Of a stretch of DNA of 64,000 nucleotides, positions 30,147 through 40,454 are shown piece by piece. The stretch's first letter is position 1. The number at the start of each line of letters is the position of its first letter. This stretch comes from an uncultured Nitrospinaceae bacterium (GTDB lineage: Bacteria > UBA8248). The notes under the pieces are model-generated. The model was not told the DNA's origin, ran no database searches, and saw only the letters and a program-made list of their open reading frames with translations. The translations under genes and the position numbers were made by a program. Location of the stretch: NCBI GenBank assembly GCA_964005815.1, contig CAXFSR010000023.1:44196-108195 (forward strand), written 5' to 3'.

Positions 30147-31363
30147 GCCTAAAGTTCCCAATTTATATGGACTACCAAGCAACGACGCCAATGGATCCCA
30201 GAGTACTTGAGGCAATGACGCCTTATTTTACAGATACATTTGGCAACGCAGCTAGCAGGAACCACAGTTATGGGTGGGAAGCTGAAAAAGCTGTTGATAA
30301 GGCAAGAGAACAAATTGCAAATGTTATTAATGCCGATCCAAGAGAAATAATTTTTACAAGCGGAGCCACTGAATCGGACAATATGGCCCTCAAGGGGGTT
30401 GCTGAAATGTATAAGAGTAAGGGGAATCATATAGTTACATCTTCTATAGAACACAAAGCTATAATTGATTCCGCAAAAAGACTTGAAACATGGGGGTTTG
30501 ATGTAACTTATATCGATCCTCCAGATGACGGAATTACTTCTCTTAAAATGATAGAGAATGCAATTAGGGAAGATACGATTTTGGTTTCTATCATGCATGC
30601 GAATAATGAGATAGGGGTTATTAATCCTATTGAAGAAATTGGCAAATTTTGCCATGAGAAAGGAATTCTCTTTCATACAGATGCAACGCAAGGTTTTGGA
30701 AAAGTTCCAATAGATGTAAATGAAATGGGTATAGATCTTTTATCTGCAACTGCCCATAAGGTATATGGTCCAAAAGGTATTGGGATGCTCTATGTTAGAA
30801 GACGAAAGCCTAGGGTTCGTCTTTCAGCCATAATTGATGGTGGGGGACATGAACGAGGAATGCGTTCTGGAACCTTGAATGTTTCTGGTATTGTTGGATT
30901 TGGGAAAGCAGCTGAGTTATGTTCGGAAGAAATGGAAAGTGAAACGATTCGCCTCACTAATTTGCGAGATAAATTTAGGGCCACAATTTTTGAAAGTTTA
31001 GAAGAAGTTTATGTAAATGGACACGAAACTAATCGTTTGCCAGGAAATTTAAACATCAGTTATCCGTATGTTGAGGGAGAATCTTTAATAATGGGGCTTA
31101 GTGATGTAGCGGTTTCTTCCGGGTCTGCATGTACTTCTGCTAGCTTAGAGCCAAGCTATGTTCTAAAATCCATGGGAAAAGGCGATGAATTGGCGCACTC
31201 TTCTATTAGGTATGGATTTGGACGTTTCTCTACTGAAGAAGAAATAGATTATGTAGCAGAAAAGACAGCCTCAATAGTGAAAAGACTTCGAGAGATGAGC
31301 CCTCTTTATGAAATGGTGAAAGAGGGAGTGGATCTTTCAAAAGTTGAATGGCAATCTCATTAA
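30143..31363 (+). CDS. iscS: Cysteine desulfurase IscS
   Basis: [45 protein letters not shown]. Confidence 0.97.
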   Translation: MSLKFPIYMDYQATTPMDPRVLEAMTPYFTDTFGNAASRNHSYGWEAEKAVDKAREQIANVINADPREIIFTSGATESDNMALKGVAEMYKSKGNHIVTSSIEHKAIIDSAKRLETWGFDVTYIDPPDDGITSLKMIENAIREDTILVSIMHANNEIGVINPIEEIGKFCHEKGILFHTDATQGFGKVPIDVNEMGIDLLSATAHKVYGPKGIGMLYVRRRKPRVRLSAIIDGGGHERGMRSGTLNVSGIVGFGKAAELCSEEMESETIRLTNLRDKFRATIFESLEEVYVNGHETNRLPGNLNISYPYVEGESLIMGLSDVAVSSGSACTSASLEPSYVLKSMGKGDELAHSSIRYGFGRFSTEEEIDYVAEKTASIVKRLREMSPLYEMVKEGVDLSKVEWQSH

Positions 31364-31407
31364 TTAAAATGATCAAAAACTATATCTAAGATAGGAGATT
31401 TTTCAAA

Positions 31408-31818
31408 ATGGCTTATAGTGACAAAGTTGTAGATCATTACAATAATCCACGCAATGTTGGTTCTTTGGATAAAGCTGATAAAACCGTAGGAACTGGAATC
31501 GTTGGCGCGCCGGAGTGTGGTGATGTGATGAAACTGCAAATTAAAGTTAATGATAGCGGTGTTATAGAAGATGCAAAATTTAAAACTTTTGGTTGTGGAA
31601 GTGCCATTGCTTCTAGTTCACTTGCCACTGAATGGCTAAAAGGGAAAAATCTAGATGAAGCACATGAAATACAAAACACACAGATAGTTGAAGAGTTGAA
31701 TCTTCCTCCTGTAAAAATCCATTGCTCCGTTTTGGCAGAAGACGCAATAAAAACAGCCTTAAATGATTATCGCTCTAAGAATGGAATGGAAGAAGTTGAA
31801 CACGAAGGACATCATTAG
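31408..31818 (+). CDS. iscU: Fe-S scaffold IscU
   Basis: GAPECGDVMKLQI, FGCGSAIASSS, LPPVKIHCS. Confidence 0.98.
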   Translation: MAYSDKVVDHYNNPRNVGSLDKADKTVGTGIVGAPECGDVMKLQIKVNDSGVIEDAKFKTFGCGSAIASSSLATEWLKGKNLDEAHEIQNTQIVEELNLPPVKIHCSVLAEDAIKTALNDYRSKNGMEEVEHEGHH

Positions 31819-31841
31819 GCGCATTTTAGAAAGGGACACCT

Positions 31842-32198
31842 TTGAGCGTAGTTGATAAAAATAGAACTATAGAAATAACAGAAAAAGCAGTTGCTAATGC
31901 TAAGAGATTAATGGAAAAAGAAGGGAATCTTGATCAAGTTGTACGAGTTGGCGTTAAGGGCGGCGGCTGTTCAGGTCTTTCTTACGTTCTTAGATTCGAA
32001 GACAAGGAAAAAACAAATCCTCTTATAGATCAAGTACTCGAAAATAATTCGGTTTCCTTTGTTATTGACAAAAAAAGCCTTATTTTCTTAGCTGGAACAG
32101 TTTTGGATTTTGAAGATGGTCTGAATGGACAGGGGTTCACTTTTAAAAATCCAAACGCACGACAATCATGTGGTTGTGGGGAAAGTTTTTCCGCCTAG
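31842..32198 (+). CDS. iscA: Fe-S assembly A-type carrier IscA/HesB
   Basis: GGGCSGLSY, NPNARQSCGCGESF. Confidence 0.95.
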   Translation: MSVVDKNRTIEITEKAVANAKRLMEKEGNLDQVVRVGVKGGGCSGLSYVLRFEDKEKTNPLIDQVLENNSVSFVIDKKSLIFLAGTVLDFEDGLNGQGFTFKNPNARQSCGCGESFSA

Positions 32199-32213
32199 GA
32201 GATAATTTTTAGT

Positions 32214-32254
32214 AAACGCGACGCGCTCATTAACTTTAACGCGGCGCGTTTTTT
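32214..32254 (+). terminator. Intra-operon terminator-like hairpin after iscA
   Basis: AAACGCGACGCG-N14-CGCGGCGCGTTTTTT. Confidence 0.6.
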
Positions 32255-32300
32255 AATTAGGTGATCCTATTTTAGAAAAGGAATGTAAGGGGATAATTTC

Positions 32301-32936
32301 TTGCTGGAATCTAATTCTTTTGATTTATTCAATAAGAATGGTTCAATAAAACCTATTCCTAATGAAATAGATCATTTTTCTCTTTTAGGTTTACCAAGAA
32401 AGATGAATTTAGATTCTAGTATTTTAGAGAAAAATTTTTTTAATTTAAGTAAACAGTTACATCCGGATTTTTATCAAAATGCCGATACAACGGAAAAAAT
32501 AAGAAGTTTGGATGCTACCGCTAGAATTAATGAAGCGAAAAGAGTTCTGAATGACCGTATTCTCCGAATGATCTATTTGGTTGAATTAGAGAGCGGAAAA
32601 TTAAAAGAAAATGATTCTAATCCCCCTGCAGATTTGTTGGAAGATATTTTAGATGCGCAAGAGGCAGCTGCAGAGCTTGAATGTTGTTTTGAAGAAGACA
32701 AAGCGGAAGAGTTGAAATGTCGGGTTTTGGCTGCGAAAGAATGTTTTGAAACTTTCAGAATATCGCAAAATAAAACTCTAGAAGAATATGCCAAAGCTTG
32801 GGATGATGGAGTAGAAGGCAAATCTTTATCCACCAATGATTTGGTGCATAAAATTAGATTAGTGTTAAGTCTCAGAAATTATATTGAAAATATTTTATCA
32901 AGTTTAGACAGGGCAATGGGTTCTTATAGTGAATGA
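32301..32936 (+). CDS. hscB: Fe-S co-chaperone HscB
   Basis: J-domain HPD motif; position in the isc operon. Confidence 0.9.
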   Translation: MLESNSFDLFNKNGSIKPIPNEIDHFSLLGLPRKMNLDSSILEKNFFNLSKQLHPDFYQNADTTEKIRSLDATARINEAKRVLNDRILRMIYLVELESGKLKENDSNPPADLLEDILDAQEAAAELECCFEEDKAEELKCRVLAAKECFETFRISQNKTLEEYAKAWDDGVEGKSLSTNDLVHKIRLVLSLRNYIENILSSLDRAMGSYSE

Positions 32937-34770
32937 TATAATTGGCATTGATTTAGGAACGACGAATAGTTTAGTCGCTTACGCCGACAATAAAGGTCCT
33001 TTTATTATTTCTTCAAATGGCGAGGACAATGTTTTTCCCTCTGTCGTATCTTTTTATAATGACCGCGTTTTATGTGGTTATGAAGCTTTAGAATCTCGAA
33101 AAACAAATAGTAGAGGTACAGTTTTTTCGGTAAAACGGTTTATGGGAAAAGGTTATGATGATGTTAAAAATGAACTTGGATTTATTCCCTTTGAAATTGA
33201 TCCCGAGGAAAAAGAGGTTGTTCATGTTAAAGCTAGAGGAAAGTCATATAGTGGTCCCGAAATAAGCTCAATAATCTTAAGATCTCTAAAAACAAGAGCT
33301 GAAAAATCTTTAGGAAGAGCATTTACGAAAGCCGTAATTACAGTCCCAGCGTATTTTAATGATTCTCAAAGACAGGCAACAAAAGATGCGGGAAGATTAG
33401 CAGGGCTTGATGTTCTTCGAATTCTAAACGAACCAACCGCTGCATCGCTTGCTTATGGTCTTCATGAAAAAAATCGTGGTGTTATTGCTGTTTATGATCT
33501 AGGTGGGGGAACGTTCGATATCTCGATTTTAAGAGTTAAAAATGGTGTTTTTGAAGTTTTGTCTACAGGTGGTGATACACACCTAGGAGGAGATGATTTT
33601 GATAGATTATTATCAGAATTAATAAACGAGAAATTAAAAAATCAATTTTCTATTGATTTACACAATTCTTCTGAAGGAATTTCTAGGTTGATTCTCTTGG
33701 CGGAGAAAACAAAAATTTCTTTTTCTAATTTAGAACTTAATTCAAAAAAAATAATTATCGAAAATTTACCAAAAGTAAACAAACAGTGTGAAATTGAGAT
33801 TACACGTAAAGAACTAGAGTCTATTTTTGCTCCAATTATTAAACGAACTTTAAACGAATGTGAAAAAGTTCTTTCAGATGGAAATTTAACAAAAAAAGAT
33901 GTTGATGAGTTAATTTTAGTCGGTGGTTCAACACGTATGCCAATGGTAAAAGAAGCAGCAGAAAATTTTTTTCAAATTAAATCATATTCCGATATTAATC
34001 CTGATGAAGTTGTAGCTCTAGGAGCAGCAGTACAAGGGCAAATTTTATCCGGGGACAGAAAAGACATGCTTTTACTTGATGTAACTCCACTTTCCTTGGG
34101 GATTGAAACTATAGGAGGAACAATGGGTTGGATTCTTCCTAGGAATACTACAATTCCTGCTAGTGCAAAGGAAATGTATACTACTTCTGAAGATAACCAA
34201 ACAGGAGTAAATATACATGTACTGCAAGGGGAAAGAGAATTAGCAAAAGATAATAGGTCTTTATCTAGATTTCGTTTAAAAATTGATCCTGTTGCAGCTG
34301 GAATTCCTAGAATTGAAGTTACATTTTTAATAGACGCAAATGGAATACTTAATGTAACTGCAAGAGATCTAAGAAGTGGGAAAGCTACCACTATAGAAGT
34401 ACAACCTTCATATGGTTTAACGGATGATAAAGTGGAAAAAATTCTACTAGAATCATTTGAGTTTGCTGAAGAAGATATACGTATGCGTCAATTGTTAGAA
34501 TCTAAGAATGAAGCACACACAATTCTTGTTGCAACAATACGGGCTCTAGATAATGTAGACAATTTGAAAATTAGCGATGAAGAAATAAAAAAAATTAGAG
34601 ATGTTATTTCAGAACTTGAAAAAGAATGTAAGGGAGAAAATCCTAGTTCTATACGTGAAAAAATTGATTTATTAAATAAAACTACAATGCCGTTTGCGGA
34701 TCAAATTATGGACGATGTTCTTAAGTCTGCGCTTGAAAACAGAAAATTAAGTGAAGCTCTTAAAGATTAA
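32929..34770 (+). CDS. hscA: Fe-S chaperone HscA (Hsp70)
   Basis: [34 protein letters not shown]; synteny. Confidence 0.93.
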   Translation: MNDIIGIDLGTTNSLVAYADNKGPFIISSNGEDNVFPSVVSFYNDRVLCGYEALESRKTNSRGTVFSVKRFMGKGYDDVKNELGFIPFEIDPEEKEVVHVKARGKSYSGPEISSIILRSLKTRAEKSLGRAFTKAVITVPAYFNDSQRQATKDAGRLAGLDVLRILNEPTAASLAYGLHEKNRGVIAVYDLGGGTFDISILRVKNGVFEVLSTGGDTHLGGDDFDRLLSELINEKLKNQFSIDLHNSSEGISRLILLAEKTKISFSNLELNSKKIIIENLPKVNKQCEIEITRKELESIFAPIIKRTLNECEKVLSDGNLTKKDVDELILVGGSTRMPMVKEAAENFFQIKSYSDINPDEVVALGAAVQGQILSGDRKDMLLLDVTPLSLGIETIGGTMGWILPRNTTIPASAKEMYTTSEDNQTGVNIHVLQGERELAKDNRSLSRFRLKIDPVAAGIPRIEVTFLIDANGILNVTARDLRSGKATTIEVQPSYGLTDDKVEKILLESFEFAEEDIRMRQLLESKNEAHTILVATIRALDNVDNLKISDEEIKKIRDVISELEKECKGENPSSIREKIDLLNKTTMPFADQIMDDVLKSALENRKLSEALKD

Positions 34771-34808
34771 TTGGATATTTTATCTTTCATTGGGCTAAAG
34801 GGGGTCAT

Positions 34809-35153
34809 GTGGCAAAAATTTTTATACAAGAAGAAGAAAAGACAATTGAAATAAAAGTTGGAGAAAATATTTTGGAAGCAGCTTTAGGCAATGGAATAGA
34901 TTTAGATCATGCTTGTGGTGGAGTTTGTGCCTGCTCTACTTGCCACATCAAAATCCGAGAAGGAATAGATTTGTTTAATGAAGCAACCGAAGATGAAGAA
35001 GATCAATTGGATGATGCTAGAGATATAGAACTTTGTAGCAGATTAGCTTGCCAGGCTGTTTTGCAAAAAGAGTCAGCAGAGTTAATTAAAGTCGAAATTC
35101 CATTCTGGAATGTTAATTTGGTCCAAGAAGGTCCAGATGCGGCTCATGCTTAA
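34809..35153 (+). CDS. fdx: 2Fe-2S ferredoxin (ISC type)
   Basis: HACGGVCACSTCH, SRLACQA. Confidence 0.93.
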   Translation: MAKIFIQEEEKTIEIKVGENILEAALGNGIDLDHACGGVCACSTCHIKIREGIDLFNEATEDEEDQLDDARDIELCSRLACQAVLQKESAELIKVEIPFWNVNLVQEGPDAAHA

Positions 35154-35170
35154 AAAGGAGATTTTTTAAA

Positions 35171-35386
35171 TTGGAACAATTTGGTTGGGATGATCCTGAA
35201 GATATAGCAATAGCACTATTCGAAAAAATGCCTAATGTGGATCCACTTACGGTGCGTTTTACAGATCTGCATGATTGGGTTTGTGAGCTAGAAAATTTTA
35301 ATGACGATGCAATGAAATCTACAGAAGGTAAGCTCGAATCTATACAAATGGCGTGGCTAGAAGAATACAATGATTCTGTGAACTAA
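35171..35386 (+). CDS. iscX: Fe-S assembly protein IscX
   Basis: WDDPEDIAIAL, DPLTVRFTDLHDWV, LESIQMAWLEE. Confidence 0.95.
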   Translation: MEQFGWDDPEDIAIALFEKMPNVDPLTVRFTDLHDWVCELENFNDDAMKSTEGKLESIQMAWLEEYNDSVN

Positions 35387-35514
35387 TTATTTTTATGCTA
35401 AAAGTTTTGATAGCATTTTCGTTTCTTTCATTTTTCAAAACACAGTATAGTTTTTTCTAAATCTTTTTATACTTCTTTTTTCAAGTTCCTACCAGAAATT
35501 ACTAAAGTATAATT

Positions 35515-36333
35515 GTGGAGGTTGTTAAAAAAATGGGTTTGAATTCAGATAAAATTATTTGTGATAAAAAAGGGTCTATTGCAACCGTAATAATCAATGC
35601 TCCTGACAGAATGAATGCAATAGAATTAGAAATGTGGGCAGAAATTCAAAAGGTAATGTCTAAGTTGTCGGGCGATTCTTCGGTTCGTGTTGTTGTTTTT
35701 AGAGGAGAAGGGAGTAAAGCATTTTCTTCAGGTGCTGATATTTCAAGATTTGCAGAAGAACGTTTTAATTCAAAACAAGCTAAAAATTATGCGTCCTCGG
35801 GATTTTTGGAAGGGTTGAAATCGGTTGGCAGTTTTCCAAAACCAGTTCTTTCTTTAATACAAGGTTATTGTGTAGGTGGTGGGATGGAGCTAGCTGCTGC
35901 TACTGACTTAAGAATAGCAGGAGAGAGCAGTATGTTTGGAATCCCTGCAGCCAAATTAGGATTAGTTGCTGGGCATTCAGAGTTAAAACATTTTGTTCAA
36001 AAAATTGGACCAACAAAAACAATAGAAATGCTTTTTACTGGTAGACTTTATACTTCGAATGAAATGTTTTCTGCAGGATATTTAACACAAATTGTACCTG
36101 ACATAGAAGTTGAAAAAACTACATATGATTTAGCAGAAAGAATTGCTTCTTTGTCTCCATTGTCACATATGTGGCATAAAAGTTTTATAGATCGGATTTT
36201 ATTAGATCCAAGCTTCCACTCATTATCAGAAAAAGATTTTAACGAAGAATTTGACTGCTTTGATACAGAAGATTTTAAAGAAGGTGTTAGTGCTTTTCTT
36301 GAAAAGAGAAAAGCAAATTTTAAAGGGAGATAG
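35515..36333 (+). CDS. Enoyl-CoA hydratase/isomerase family protein
   Basis: AFSSGADIS, GYCVGGGMELA, FGIPAAKLGL, EGVSAFLEKR. Confidence 0.9.
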   Translation: MEVVKKMGLNSDKIICDKKGSIATVIINAPDRMNAIELEMWAEIQKVMSKLSGDSSVRVVVFRGEGSKAFSSGADISRFAEERFNSKQAKNYASSGFLEGLKSVGSFPKPVLSLIQGYCVGGGMELAAATDLRIAGESSMFGIPAAKLGLVAGHSELKHFVQKIGPTKTIEMLFTGRLYTSNEMFSAGYLTQIVPDIEVEKTTYDLAERIASLSPLSHMWHKSFIDRILLDPSFHSLSEKDFNEEFDCFDTEDFKEGVSAFLEKRKANFKGR

Positions 36334-36335
36334 AA

Positions 36336-37535
36336 ATCGAAACGACTCATGGTGCTTTAGAGGGAATGAAGGTAATAGAAGTTTGTCAAGTAATGGCAGG
36401 CCCATTTTGTGGTTGTTTGTTAGCAGATATGGGTGCTGATGTAATGAAAGTAGAAAATCCAGATGGTGGAGATACCGCAAGAGACATGGGCCGTTATTTT
36501 GATGGTGGTGAAGGACATGGTTTTATGAATCTTAATCGGAACAAACGTAGTATAGTTGTTAACCTCAAGAAAGAGTCAGGAATAAAACTTTTAAAAGAAT
36601 TAATAAAAAAAGCTGATGTTTTTGTCGAAAACTTAAGGCCCGGCACAATTGATAGAATGGGATTGGGCTATAATGATCTAAAAAGTATAAATAATGCTAT
36701 TATTTATGCCTCGATTTCAGGATATGGCAAAACAGGCCCTTTTTCTGAAAAAGGCGGGTTTGATTTAGTGTCCCAAGGACTTTCAAGTCTAATGAGTTTT
36801 ACAGGAGAGCAGGGAGGGACACCTTCTAAAATACCAGTTCCAATTTGTGATTTAAATGCTGGAATGTATACAGCATTTTCTATTTTGTCTGCATACATAC
36901 ATAAACAAAAAACAGGTTTTGGACAGTTTATTGATACTTCACTTACAGATTCAGGACTAGGATATACTTTTTGGGCGGCCTCTCAATTTTTTCCAACTGG
37001 GGAAATCCCTGTTCCTCGAGGTTCTGCCCATGAAATGACAGCTCCATATCAAGCGATCAAATGTAAAGATGGTTTTTTAGTTTTAGGTGCTGCAAACCAA
37101 AAAAGCTGGGAAAGATTATGCAAAGCGATTGAAAGAGAAGAACTTTTAATACACCCAGATTATGCGGAAAATTCGTCTAGAACAGAAAATTACAAGCAAC
37201 TTGCAAAGGATCTTGAGTTAGAGTTTGTGAAGAAAAACAGAGATGAATGGATTAAATTATTAGATGAAGCAAAAGTACCCTGTGGTCCTATTTTAAATAT
37301 GCAGGAAACATTCTCACATCCACAAATTCAAGCTCGAAACATGTGTATTGAGATAGATCATCCGAAAGCAGGCCCTGTAAAGGTTTTGGGATTTCCTCCA
37401 AAACTTTCTTTGACTCCCGGTATTATAAGAAAACCCTCTCCTGTTTTAGGGGAACACACAGACGAAATTCTACTTGAATACGGTAAGACCAAAGAAGCAA
37501 TTTCAGAATTGCGAAAAAAGAAAATTATCAATTAA
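36336..37535 (+). CDS. CoA-transferase family III (CaiB/BaiF)
   Basis: GALEGMKVIE, AGPFC, NRNKRS, ENLRPG, GFDL, PVLGEHTDEIL. Start is uncertain: first ATG is 36366, but the frame and family motif extend upstream. Confidence 0.9.
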   Translation: METTHGALEGMKVIEVCQVMAGPFCGCLLADMGADVMKVENPDGGDTARDMGRYFDGGEGHGFMNLNRNKRSIVVNLKKESGIKLLKELIKKADVFVENLRPGTIDRMGLGYNDLKSINNAIIYASISGYGKTGPFSEKGGFDLVSQGLSSLMSFTGEQGGTPSKIPVPICDLNAGMYTAFSILSAYIHKQKTGFGQFIDTSLTDSGLGYTFWAASQFFPTGEIPVPRGSAHEMTAPYQAIKCKDGFLVLGAANQKSWERLCKAIEREELLIHPDYAENSSRTENYKQLAKDLELEFVKKNRDEWIKLLDEAKVPCGPILNMQETFSHPQIQARNMCIEIDHPKAGPVKVLGFPPKLSLTPGIIRKPSPVLGEHTDEILLEYGKTKEAISELRKKKIIN

Positions 37536-37546
37536 TAGAGGTTTAA

Positions 37547-38236
37547 ATGTCGGAACTTAGCCCCGGTATTTATCTTGTTTCAACACCGATTGGAAATCTA
37601 GGGGATTTGTCCGAACGTCAAATAGAAATACTGTCAGAGTGCGATTTGATTGCATGCGAAGATACTCGAAGATCAAAAAAAATACTTGTTAAATTAAAAT
37701 TAAAAAAAAACTTAATTAGCTATTATGAACATAATGAACTACGAAGATCCCTTACTTTGATAGATCATGTTTTAAATGGAAAGAGTGTAGCAGTTGTTTC
37801 TGATGCAGGAACACCTGGAATTTCTGATCCCGCTTATCGAGTTGTTTTAGAGGCAATAAAAAACAATGTTCCGATTATTCCTATTCCTGGACCTTGTTCA
37901 ATTATTGCAGCGCTTGTTGCGTCTGGTTTGCCAACAGACAGTTTTATTTTTGAAGGTTTTTTGCCGCAAAAAGGAGAAAAAAGGAGAGAAAGAATTCAAA
38001 CATTACTCAATGAAAATAGAACAGTTGTTGTGTTTGAATCACCTTTTAGGATACATAAGCTAGTTGACCAAATTGTTTTGCTTGATTCTGAACGAAAAAT
38101 TGTAATAGCTCGCGAACTTACAAAAGTATATGAGGAATTTATTAGAGGAACTTCTTTAGAAGTTTCTCAACTTTTAAGCAATAGAAAGTTAAAGGGCGAA
38201 ATTGTCGTCATAATAGATCGAAAAAAAATCAACTGA
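37547..38236 (+). CDS. rsmI: 16S rRNA (cytidine1402-2'-O)-methyltransferase RsmI
   Basis: STPIGNLGD, ACEDTR, VSDAGTPGISDP, FESPFR, RELTKVYEE. Confidence 0.95.
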   Translation: MSELSPGIYLVSTPIGNLGDLSERQIEILSECDLIACEDTRRSKKILVKLKLKKNLISYYEHNELRRSLTLIDHVLNGKSVAVVSDAGTPGISDPAYRVVLEAIKNNVPIIPIPGPCSIIAALVASGLPTDSFIFEGFLPQKGEKRRERIQTLLNENRTVVVFESPFRIHKLVDQIVLLDSERKIVIARELTKVYEEFIRGTSLEVSQLLSNRKLKGEIVVIIDRKKIN

Positions 38237-39521
38237 TTTTTTTCTCACGCTGTATGGTTCTATGAAGTAAAATTGATAAAAACAAAGCAAAAAACATTAA
38301 GCATGAAATAGTTATAAAAGGAATTGTATAGCTTTTAGTTGCATCAAACATGAAACCTGCAAAAGGAGCGCCTAAGACCCCTCCGAATCCGTAACAGATT
38401 TCCATAAATCCTATGATAATCCCATAATTAGGACCTTCAAAACAATCGCCGCAAAGAGCTGAATAACATGCACTCATAGCCCCAGTACCGATTCCGTAAA
38501 TAATCGCAAAAATAAAACCATAGGTTAAGCTCGAACCAAAATTTGGCAATAGTATTAAAAAAACAATGCCCATGCCAACTATAAAGGAAGCAAGCGAGAC
38601 CCCATATGCACGTCCAATCAGATCGCCTACCCAACCCCCAATTACACTGCCTATTGTTCTTATAAATCCGACGGAACCGAAAATAATAGCTGCTGTTACG
38701 GGTAGATATTTTACATCTATAAGATAAAGGGCAAGTTGACTCATAATTGTGTTGTTATTAAAACCAATTCCGAAAACTATAACCATTAAAAACCAAAACC
38801 TTTGATCATGACGAACCTCTTTAAAAACATCACGTATTCCTTTTTTCTGATGTTTTTCTCCATAAACTTTTTCAAAATCTACTTTTGAACGTGGTGGATC
38901 CCCATCGGGTCCTTGACCCACATCTTCGGGATGATCTCTAAGGAAAAGAAAGCCGGTGGGAGCTATTACAAAAAGAATTACTAGCCCAAATATGAGATAG
39001 GTTATTCTCCATCCAAAAATTGAAATTAGACGCTCTAAAATGGGAGCAAGGAACAAAATGCCTATACCTATTCCTGATAGTGCAATACCTGTTGCTCTGC
39101 CTCTTTTTTGTATAAACCAACGTGGCATAATTGCACTGTGGGTAGCGAATCCACTCAAGGCTAATCCGCCGCCGAGAAAAAACCCTATTAACAAATAAAC
39201 TTCAAAAATCGAGGAAATAAAATAGGATAAAATTAAGGAGATTCCTAAAACAACAGAACCCCATGGCATTATAGCTTTAGGACCGTATTTGTCTAAAAGA
39301 GAGCCAGCTAGAGGAGCTCCTAGTGCATAGGTTGCCATTGAAAGAGCAAAAGCACCACCTAGCAATCCTCTGCCCCATTCGAATTCTTCGATTAGTGGAA
39401 CCTGAAATATCCCAAAGGAGAACCGAGTGACGACATGGAATGCCAGTGTAAAATGAGAGAGACAGACAATGACCCAACCATAATAAAAGGTAGAAGAAGT
39501 TTTGTTTTCTTTTGTGTTCAT
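38229..39521 (-). CDS. MFS transporter (OFA/MCT-like)
   Basis: FYYGWVIV, DKYGPK motif A, WFIQKRGRATGIA, about 12 hydrophobic segments. Confidence 0.9.
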   Translation of the reverse strand: MNTKENKTSSTFYYGWVIVCLSHFTLAFHVVTRFSFGIFQVPLIEEFEWGRGLLGGAFALSMATYALGAPLAGSLLDKYGPKAIMPWGSVVLGISLILSYFISSIFEVYLLIGFFLGGGLALSGFATHSAIMPRWFIQKRGRATGIALSGIGIGILFLAPILERLISIFGWRITYLIFGLVILFVIAPTGFLFLRDHPEDVGQGPDGDPPRSKVDFEKVYGEKHQKKGIRDVFKEVRHDQRFWFLMVIVFGIGFNNNTIMSQLALYLIDVKYLPVTAAIIFGSVGFIRTIGSVIGGWVGDLIGRAYGVSLASFIVGMGIVFLILLPNFGSSLTYGFIFAIIYGIGTGAMSACYSALCGDCFEGPNYGIIIGFMEICYGFGGVLGAPFAGFMFDATKSYTIPFITISCLMFFALFLSILLHRTIQREKKIS

Positions 39522-39560
39522 TAGAGGTAAAGACCCCTTTTTTATAATGCAAAAGAAGAT

Positions 39561-40445
39561 TTAAGCATTTATAAAGGATAACGAAGTTTGTAAGTGAATG
39601 TCTACGGTGTCTTCAGGATCTTCTGCATAACCTCCGCCTAAAGTTCCCGCTATGGGAATAGACAATTTTTTACAACTTTCTATAACTAATTCATCTCTTT
39701 TTTGTAAGCCTTTCTTTGTAATTTTCAAAGAACCTAATTGATCACCAGAAAAAGGGTCGGCACCGGCTTGATAGATAACTAACTCAGGACGGTGTGAATT
39801 AAGAATTTTTGGAATAATTTTTTCTATATGTCCTAAATAATCATTGTCTCCAGTTAGGTCATAAAGACCAATATCTAAATCGCTCTTTTCTTTTATTGGA
39901 TAAATATTTTGCTGGTGAATCGAAAAGGTGAATACTCTATCATCGTTTCTGAAAATTCTGGCTGTTCCATTTCCTTGATGTAAATCACAATCTATTACGA
40001 GTGCACGTTTAATTTTACTTTCGTTTTGCAAGACTGCAATCGCGACAGCTATATCATTAATATAGCAAAATCCTTCTGCTTTATTTTTAAATGCATGATG
40101 AAACCCACCATTTAAATTTATAGCATAGTTTTTTTGTAGAGCTTTTTTTGCTGCAAGTATTGTCCCTCCAGTAGCATACAGGAAAAAGTCTGCGATATGA
40201 TTGTCCAAAGGCAACTCGCTGGAAATTGTTTTTGAGGTGTGTTTTCCAGAGAGGAACTCGTGAATGTATTCGCTCGAGTGGACTAAAGTTAATTCTTTAA
40301 TGTTCGCCTTTAAAGGCTTACAAAAATTTTGTTTTTTAATATTCAATGCATTCAATCTGTCAAAAATTTTTTTATATTTATCTATTTGCATAACATGGTT
40401 GCCGATCTCTGCGTGGTATTTTGGGTGGAAGATTATGGAGGTCAT
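39561..40445 (-). CDS. Histone deacetylase-family amidohydrolase
   Basis: GGFHHA, GFCYIND, DCDLHQGNGT, AGADP, GGGY. Confidence 0.92.
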   Translation of the reverse strand: MTSIIFHPKYHAEIGNHVMQIDKYKKIFDRLNALNIKKQNFCKPLKANIKELTLVHSSEYIHEFLSGKHTSKTISSELPLDNHIADFFLYATGGTILAAKKALQKNYAINLNGGFHHAFKNKAEGFCYINDIAVAIAVLQNESKIKRALVIDCDLHQGNGTARIFRNDDRVFTFSIHQQNIYPIKEKSDLDIGLYDLTGDNDYLGHIEKIIPKILNSHRPELVIYQAGADPFSGDQLGSLKITKKGLQKRDELVIESCKKLSIPIAGTLGGGYAEDPEDTVDIHLQTSLSFINA

Positions 40446-40454
40446 TTCAGATGG

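Noticed and set aside
32296..32350. 'CWN' in an alternative frame at the hscB 5' end, suggesting a frameshifted tetracysteine Zn domain
   Set aside because: No further Cys in either frame, and hscB has its own SD plus TTG; probably chance.
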